Part shown: positions 58,847 to 64,000 of the stretch, piece by piece | How the letters are laid out: each line of letters begins with the position of its first letter | How positions within the stretch are numbered: the stretch's first letter is position 1 | Assembly (NCBI GenBank): GCA_016934745.1 | Contig: JAFGSF010000002.1 | Span: 15,972 to 79,971, forward strand | Reading direction: 5' to 3' | DNA length: 64,000 nt | Source: Candidatus Aminicenantes bacterium | Lineage (GTDB): Bacteria > Acidobacteriota > Aminicenantia > UBA2199 | The notes under the pieces: generated by a model | The model's input: only the letters and a program-made list of their open reading frames with translations | Database searches by the model: none | Told to the model about the DNA's origin: nothing | Position numbers and translations under genes: made by a program

Positions 58847-60079
58847 TTAATTTTCAGTTTTTTTTATGGCCGAATCCAGTTGTGCTGCCATGGTCATGCC
58901 ACCGTTTTTCAATTCCTTTTCCTGTTTTTCCTTGAGTCGCGAAAGTTCGGCGCTGTAATCTATTTCCGCTTCTTCCATGGTCAGCGAAATTGTTTTCTTT
59001 TCCAGATCGAGGGAAAGAATACGTACATGGACTTCCTGGCCGACTGACAGGATTTCCTTGGGATGGCTGACCCGGCGTTCGACCCCCAATTGGGAAATAT
59101 GCAGCAAACCGACCAGGCCGGGGAGCAATTCGATGAAGGCGCCAAAGGGTTTTAAGCGTAACACGACGCCGTCATATTCTTTGCCAACCTGAATTTTTTC
59201 AACTGCTTCGACCCAGGGATCCATTTGCAGGGCTTTGAGGCTCAATGAAACCTTGTTTGCTTCCCGGTCCAGCTTGATAATGGCTACGTTCAGTTTTTGC
59301 CCGGGGCGCAGCGTTTCCTGAACACTCAGCGTTTTTTTGAAGGATATTTCCGACACGTGCAGCAATCCCTCGATGCCACCGATATCGACAAATGCGCCAT
59401 AGTCATGCACGGAAGTGACGGTGCCTGCGCAAACCTGGCCAACATGAATTTCCTGCCAAAGTTGCCTGGATTTTTCTTCTTCTTCTGCCAGCAGCAGTTC
59501 TTTACGCCCCACCACAACATTGCGGCCGTCTTCTTCATACTGATTAACCAGAAACGGGTAAATTTTATCTAGGTGGCTTTCGGGATTCTGGCAATAATTT
59601 TTTTCAATTTGCGAAATTGGACAGAACGCTTTCTGGCCCAAAATGTAAACTTCAAAACCCCCTTTGTTCAAGGACTTCACCCTGCCCTCCACCGGCAGGC
59701 GATTGGAGAAAGCTTCCCGCAACGTTTGCAGGGCAGGTGAATCCTTGGATTGGCGTGGACCGCTGCGGCAAGCATCGTGCAAGCGGCTGGTGCAATGAAA
59801 AATACCGTCGCGGAAACCTCGGACCATGACTTGCACGGTTTCGCCTTCCTGGATGGTCAAATGCCCTTTGTGGATGAATTCTTCCCTGTCGATCATGCCT
59901 TCAGCGCGAGTGCCCAGGTCCATAAAAATGTTGTCTTTGCCGATGGATATGACCTTACCCTCGGCCACTGCGCCGATCTTGATTCGGACACTGGTTTGAA
60001 CAGACGCATTGAGCATATCGGCAAAACTGGCTTCGGCATTATTTTCAGATGTGATGCTTTCGGTTTTTTTCTCAGTCAT
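58847..60079 (-). CDS. Second S1-like protein (four S1 domains)
   Basis: AFCPISQI, YGAFVDIGG.EGLLHVSE, FGAFIEL.PG..GLLHISQ. Confidence 0.85.
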   Translation of the reverse strand: MTEKKTESITSENNAEASFADMLNASVQTSVRIKIGAVAEGKVISIGKDNIFMDLGTRAEGMIDREEFIHKGHLTIQEGETVQVMVRGFRDGIFHCTSRLHDACRSGPRQSKDSPALQTLREAFSNRLPVEGRVKSLNKGGFEVYILGQKAFCPISQIEKNYCQNPESHLDKIYPFLVNQYEEDGRNVVVGRKELLLAEEEEKSRQLWQEIHVGQVCAGTVTSVHDYGAFVDIGGIEGLLHVSEISFKKTLSVQETLRPGQKLNVAIIKLDREANKVSLSLKALQMDPWVEAVEKIQVGKEYDGVVLRLKPFGAFIELLPGLVGLLHISQLGVERRVSHPKEILSVGQEVHVRILSLDLEKKTISLTMEEAEIDYSAELSRLKEKQEKELKNGGMTMAAQLDSAIKKTEN

Positions 60080-60200
60080 GTTTACCCTTGAGGAAAAAAA
60101 GTTTTTCTGATCAACTTGTCTCTTTACCCAGTGTAATCTGCTGCCATGTAAAAGTCAATAGCGGCATGATGGAGCCGACCTGTGCTACAATATACTCATC

Positions 60201-60848
60201 ATGTTCAAGCGCATGCTTGCTTTGTTGCTGATAATGGTGCTGACGGCTCCTGTCCAAGCTGAAAAAAAGAAAATTCATCTGCTGCAGGATGTCGCTGTCG
60301 TCGCCGCCGTTACTTGTGCCTATGTTCTGGTCCTGGATGATACCCGCCAGCGTATTTTCCGTGAAGCATCGATCCGCAAAGTATGGGAAAATTTCAAGGA
60401 TCCGATCCACAGTGCCATTGAAGGCGGAAAAATGGATCACAACAGCTTTTGGATCAATTATGTCGGGCACCCGGTCAGTTTTGCCTGCCTCGGCCTGTAT
60501 TTGAAAGAGCGCGGCTATAGCAATGGCGGCGCCCTCCTTTTCAGCCAGATGCTGAACATCGTTTGGGAATACGCGATTGAGGGCAGCTTGTGGAAACCGT
60601 CAGGCAAGGACCTGATCACCGACCTGTGCGGTTCGCTGGCTGCGATCTATGTCCTGGCGCCGCTGTCTGACCGCGGCGAAAAAAGGATCGCTGCCGGCGA
60701 CCGGCGTTGGGGGAATTACGTGCTTTATTTTTTGAACCCCTTCAAAAAAATAAACCGCCTGTTGTTCGGCCGGCACCAGCGTTCGGTCGGGTGGTACATC
60801 CAGCCGATCCGGGGCGGGTTCATTTCCGGACTTTACTGGCAAGGATGA
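60201..60848 (+). CDS. DUF3943-like exported or membrane protein
   Basis: Signal peptide; D....INY.GHP, WEY..E....PS..DL. Confidence 0.7.
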   Translation: MFKRMLALLLIMVLTAPVQAEKKKIHLLQDVAVVAAVTCAYVLVLDDTRQRIFREASIRKVWENFKDPIHSAIEGGKMDHNSFWINYVGHPVSFACLGLYLKERGYSNGGALLFSQMLNIVWEYAIEGSLWKPSGKDLITDLCGSLAAIYVLAPLSDRGEKRIAAGDRRWGNYVLYFLNPFKKINRLLFGRHQRSVGWYIQPIRGGFISGLYWQG

Positions 60849-60862
60849 AACTCCCGATTGGT

Positions 60863-61279
60863 TTAATCCTGCTCGGTCAGCAGTTCCTTTCTTTTTTCAA
60901 CGAAATACTCGGGGTTTAGCGGCTTGCCTTTTTTTGTTTTGACTTTACCGTCCAGGAAAGCACCTTCGGCTATGACGATCTGCTGGCAAATAACGTTGCC
61001 CAGGACATGTCCGCTACTCCTGATTTCGATTTTAATGTTGGCTTTGATCTGTCCTTCGACCCGGCCTTCGATGACCATATTCTCGGCTGCCGCTTCGCCG
61101 TTGAAATTCCCCTTTTTCCCGACAAACAACAAACCGTTAATGTCTATATTGCCGGTCAATTGGCCATCCAGGCTCAAATCGCCCTGGCCCTTGATTTCGC
61201 CGGTAATCACTGTCGAGGCGCTTAAAATGTTTTTTAGTTCGGACTCGGCCATAATGTCGCTGATGCGTTGGTTTTGCAT
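60863..61279 (-). CDS. Bactofilin (polymer-forming cytoskeletal protein)
   Basis: I.G.I...G.L.LDG...GNI beta-helix repeats, I.EGA...G; AAGGAG RBS. Confidence 0.88.
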   Translation of the reverse strand: MQNQRISDIMAESELKNILSASTVITGEIKGQGDLSLDGQLTGNIDINGLLFVGKKGNFNGEAAAENMVIEGRVEGQIKANIKIEIRSSGHVLGNVICQQIVIAEGAFLDGKVKTKKGKPLNPEYFVEKRKELLTEQD

Positions 61280-61962
61280 ATTGCTCCTTCAAGGGAAATT
61301 CCTTGTTCTTCATTGGTTTCCAGCAGAAACGAGAAGGTCTTGCCCAGGATGAAAAAACTCTCGAAGCAAGACAATGATTCAGATAAAATGGTCTCTTTCA
61401 AGCCGTCCTGGGCATGAAAAAAAAGCACCTGGATGATATGGGTACTTTTTTCATGCACTCGGGTTCGCAAGGAATCGGCCGATGGATTGCCGAAGGCTCC
61501 ACTGGAGTCGCGCAACACGATTTTACCGATAAAATTCAACCTGTCCTTGCCGATGCCCAGATAATGGTCATTTTCATTGCCCAAGGTGATACGCACGGGG
61601 CCCTGAATGCAATCCAGGTCATAGAGACCAAAAGAAATCTGATATTTCAGCGATAGGAGGTTGGTCAAGTCAACCAGCGGGTTGACACGAGGAAACTCGT
61701 TTTTGTCCCGCAAACGGCGCCACAAAGCCTCCGCCGATGGGCGATGGCGGGTCGGATCAATGCCCAGGGATTTAAAAAGTTGCCGGGAAGCGGCGAATCC
61801 GGGCGGTAGGGACCGCGCATGAGCTTTACCTAGCATATCCAGCTGCCTCTCGATAAAAGCCTCAAGTCGCTCTGTCTGGCATTCCGTGATGCCGAAAAAA
61901 ACATTGACGCCGGGATTTAATTTTCCGGGCAGACTGTTCTGAATTGAAAATGGCTTGCTCAT
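61234..61962 (-). CDS. Stand-alone B3/B4 (PheRS beta-like) domain protein
   Basis: GIDPTR.RPSAEAL.RR, N.LVD..N..SL, GLYD, G.FG.P..DS.RT. Confidence 0.85.
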   Translation of the reverse strand: MSKPFSIQNSLPGKLNPGVNVFFGITECQTERLEAFIERQLDMLGKAHARSLPPGFAASRQLFKSLGIDPTRHRPSAEALWRRLRDKNEFPRVNPLVDLTNLLSLKYQISFGLYDLDCIQGPVRITLGNENDHYLGIGKDRLNFIGKIVLRDSSGAFGNPSADSLRTRVHEKSTHIIQVLFFHAQDGLKETILSESLSCFESFFILGKTFSFLLETNEEQGISLEGAICKTNASATLWPSPN

Positions 61963-62067
61963 TTTGCGATTGTAAATTCTAGCACAGTATGGTAAAAAAA
62001 TCTCTACACGGTTTTAGGGTGAGAGTTGTTTTTGTTTTTTTTGCGACCCGACGCCAAGGAGAAACGA

Positions 62068-62268
62068 ATGGGCAAATTCTTTTTGTGGTTGATCTTGCTG
62101 GTCATTTGCTGGCCGCTGGCCCTGCTGGCCCTGCTGCTCTACCCGCTCATTTGGCTCCTGGCCCTGCCTTTCCGCATCCTGGGCATTGCCGTCAACGGGG
62201 TTTTCGAGCTGCTGAATGCCGTGCTCACCCTGCCGGCCAGGATCCTGCGCGGACCCAGAACTTACTGA
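62068..62268 (+). CDS. Small hydrophobic membrane protein
   Basis: AAGGAG RBS; CWPLALLAL.LYP..WL..LPFR..GI.V. Confidence 0.75.
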   Translation: MGKFFLWLILLVICWPLALLALLLYPLIWLLALPFRILGIAVNGVFELLNAVLTLPARILRGPRTY

Positions 62269-62273
62269 TTCAA

Positions 62274-63107
62274 TCAGGTTGCAATTTTTAATAGGGGGTC
62301 GCCGACGCGGATTGGTTTGCCTTTTTCGGCAATGACCGCCTCAACTAGGGCGGCCGGCAAGACCATGACGATAGTCGAACCCATGTTGAAGCGTCCCATT
62401 TCGACCAACTGGGTGGCGGGGATGCTGAGCTCGTTCCACTCGTTTTTTGCCGGCAGGCCATCGGGCAGATAGGTCATGGCGATGCTGCCCACGAAGGTGG
62501 CGCCAACAGCTGCCACAAAGATTGACGTCCCGTTCAATTCCATTCGGGTGATGAGACGTTCATTCTTGATGTAGAGATTCCGAACGTGGGCGCATGAGAA
62601 AGGATTGACCGGGAACAAGCGGGTGCCGCCATAAAAACAACCGCTGATGCGACCCGAAACCGGGAAATGGAAGCGGTGGTAGTCGCAGGGCGACAGGTAT
62701 ATGGTGGCGATGTACCAACCCTGCGCAAAGTCAACATCCGTGGCCAGAAAACGGCTGAGCGGGTAGGTTTTGCCCTTGACCTGGGTGATTGAATTGCAAT
62801 TGACTCGTTCCAATTCGCTTAATTTGCCATCGGCTGGAGAAAGGATGAAGTCTGTGCTTGGGGATAAAGGCCGCTTGAGCGGATCCAAAGGACGAACGAA
62901 AAAATCGGCCAGTGAAGGATAGTCCTGCGCTGATCCTGCAAATTCACTCATATCGATCCGGTAATGATTTTTAAAACTTTTGATCATCCTCCTGGACAGA
63001 AAACGGGGGCGACGCAGGCCCGTCAGTTTTCCCCACAAGCGGCTGAGCAATGGCAAAGATATGCAGGCCAAAAGAAATCGGGACAATAGAGCGTGTACTT
63101 TTTTCAT
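62274..63107 (-). CDS. psd: Phosphatidylserine decarboxylase proenzyme
   Basis: FFVR.L, SPADG, YLSP.DYHRFH.P, NER, VGA..VGSI, FNMGST cleavage motif. Confidence 0.93.
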   Translation of the reverse strand: MKKVHALLSRFLLACISLPLLSRLWGKLTGLRRPRFLSRRMIKSFKNHYRIDMSEFAGSAQDYPSLADFFVRPLDPLKRPLSPSTDFILSPADGKLSELERVNCNSITQVKGKTYPLSRFLATDVDFAQGWYIATIYLSPCDYHRFHFPVSGRISGCFYGGTRLFPVNPFSCAHVRNLYIKNERLITRMELNGTSIFVAAVGATFVGSIAMTYLPDGLPAKNEWNELSIPATQLVEMGRFNMGSTIVMVLPAALVEAVIAEKGKPIRVGDPLLKIAT

Positions 63108-63222
63108 GGATATTAAAATTGTAATCCAGGCATATCGTGAAGTCAATTGTTGTTTGTTTGCTGCCGGAGTAGGCGAGGTTTCAATCTTGCCGGTCAGTAA
63201 AAGTCATGTTATCCTTAGGCCG

Positions 63223-64000
63223 ATGAATCCTGATAAATCTGAACTGACCTGGAAAAAAATTGCTGTTTTCTGGCTGCCCTTGTATTCTACCTGGCTGATG
63301 ATGAGCCTGGAGGGGCCGTTCATCGCGGCGATCATCGCCCGCCTGACAGATGCCAAGTTCAATCTGGCCGCGTACGGAGTCGCGTTTTCTCTGGGCATGA
63401 TTTTTGAATCGCCGATTATCATGATGCTCAGCGCCGCGAATGTTTTGGTTAAGGATCGGCGAAGCTTTCTCAAGCTTCGCCGCTTCAATAATATTTTGAA
63501 TATTGCGATTACCGTGGCCCTGTTGCTGGTAATTGTCCCGCCGGTATTTTACTGGCTGACCCGTGGCTTGATCGGCTTGCCCTGGCATGTGGCCAGGCTG
63601 ACCCACCTTGCTACAATCCTTCTTCTCCCTTGGCCGGCGGCCATCGGCTACCGCCGTTTTTATCAAGGCATACTCATCGGCAACAACCTGCCGCACCGGG
63701 TCGCTTACGGTACATTGGTACGCTTAAGCTCCATGACGGCCACAGCCTTGCTGCTGTATTTTTTTGCAAAACTACCCGGGGCATGCGTCGGGGCGGCCGC
63801 GCTGTCCGCCGGCGTCGTTATGGAGGCTGCAGCTAGCCGCTTCATGGCCAGAAAAGTGATAACGAAATTGCTGGACGAGGTCGTGGAGAGCGGCGCCGAG
63901 AAGCCCGCTCTCCGTTACCGGGCCATTGCCGGTTTCTATTTTCCCCTGGCCATGACCTCCGTGCTGGCCCTGGCCATTTATCCGCTGATAACTTTTTTCA
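63223..64000 (+). CDS. MOP/MATE-superfamily (ANKH-like) membrane protein, runs off the window
   Basis: Open frame MNPDKSELTWKKIAVFWLPLYSTWLMMSLEGPFIAAIIARL...LAAYGVAF...ESP...RRFYQG; TTGCCG-17-TATCCT promoter 7 nt upstream. Confidence 0.75.
   Translation, partial: MNPDKSELTWKKIAVFWLPLYSTWLMMSLEGPFIAAIIARLTDAKFNLAAYGVAFSLGMIFESPIIMMLSAANVLVKDRRSFLKLRRFNNILNIAITVALLLVIVPPVFYWLTRGLIGLPWHVARLTHLATILLLPWPAAIGYRRFYQGILIGNNLPHRVAYGTLVRLSSMTATALLLYFFAKLPGACVGAAALSAGVVMEAAASRFMARKVITKLLDEVVESGAEKPALRYRAIAGFYFPLAMTSVLALAIYPLITFF

Overview
Bacterial chromosomal segment of about 50% GC. The PadR plus duplicated ABC-permease (ADOP-type) pair suggests Acidobacteriota (possibly Aminicenantia); this is inference only. 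Positions 1-22 kb and 32.6-39 kb are accessory-like. They hold membrane and signalling genes, a PRTase-DprA (ShosTA-like) pair, two gene remnants and a five-gene organic-acid operon. The rest is largely housekeeping: purH, aspS, hisS, rpsA, ispH, hutU, dnaK, surE, guaB, secA, psd and four tRNAs. I saw no integrase, transposase, CRISPR array or rRNA. Best candidates for undescribed biology: (1) a spermidine synthase fused to two tandem AdoMet-decarboxylase-like domains with complementary catalytic-residue loss, as in eukaryotic AdoMetDC; (2) an operon with an aconitase-type dehydratase and a beta-decarboxylating dehydrogenase, with an HMG-CoA-lyase-family enzyme plus class III CoA-transferase in place of a condensing synthase; (3) a stand-alone SelB C-terminal protein with no GTPase; (4) a secreted M16 pseudo-peptidase pair; (5) recurrent leaderless promoter architecture. 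Many starts were moved from the ORF track using RBS or promoter evidence. All family calls are by motif recognition, not database search.
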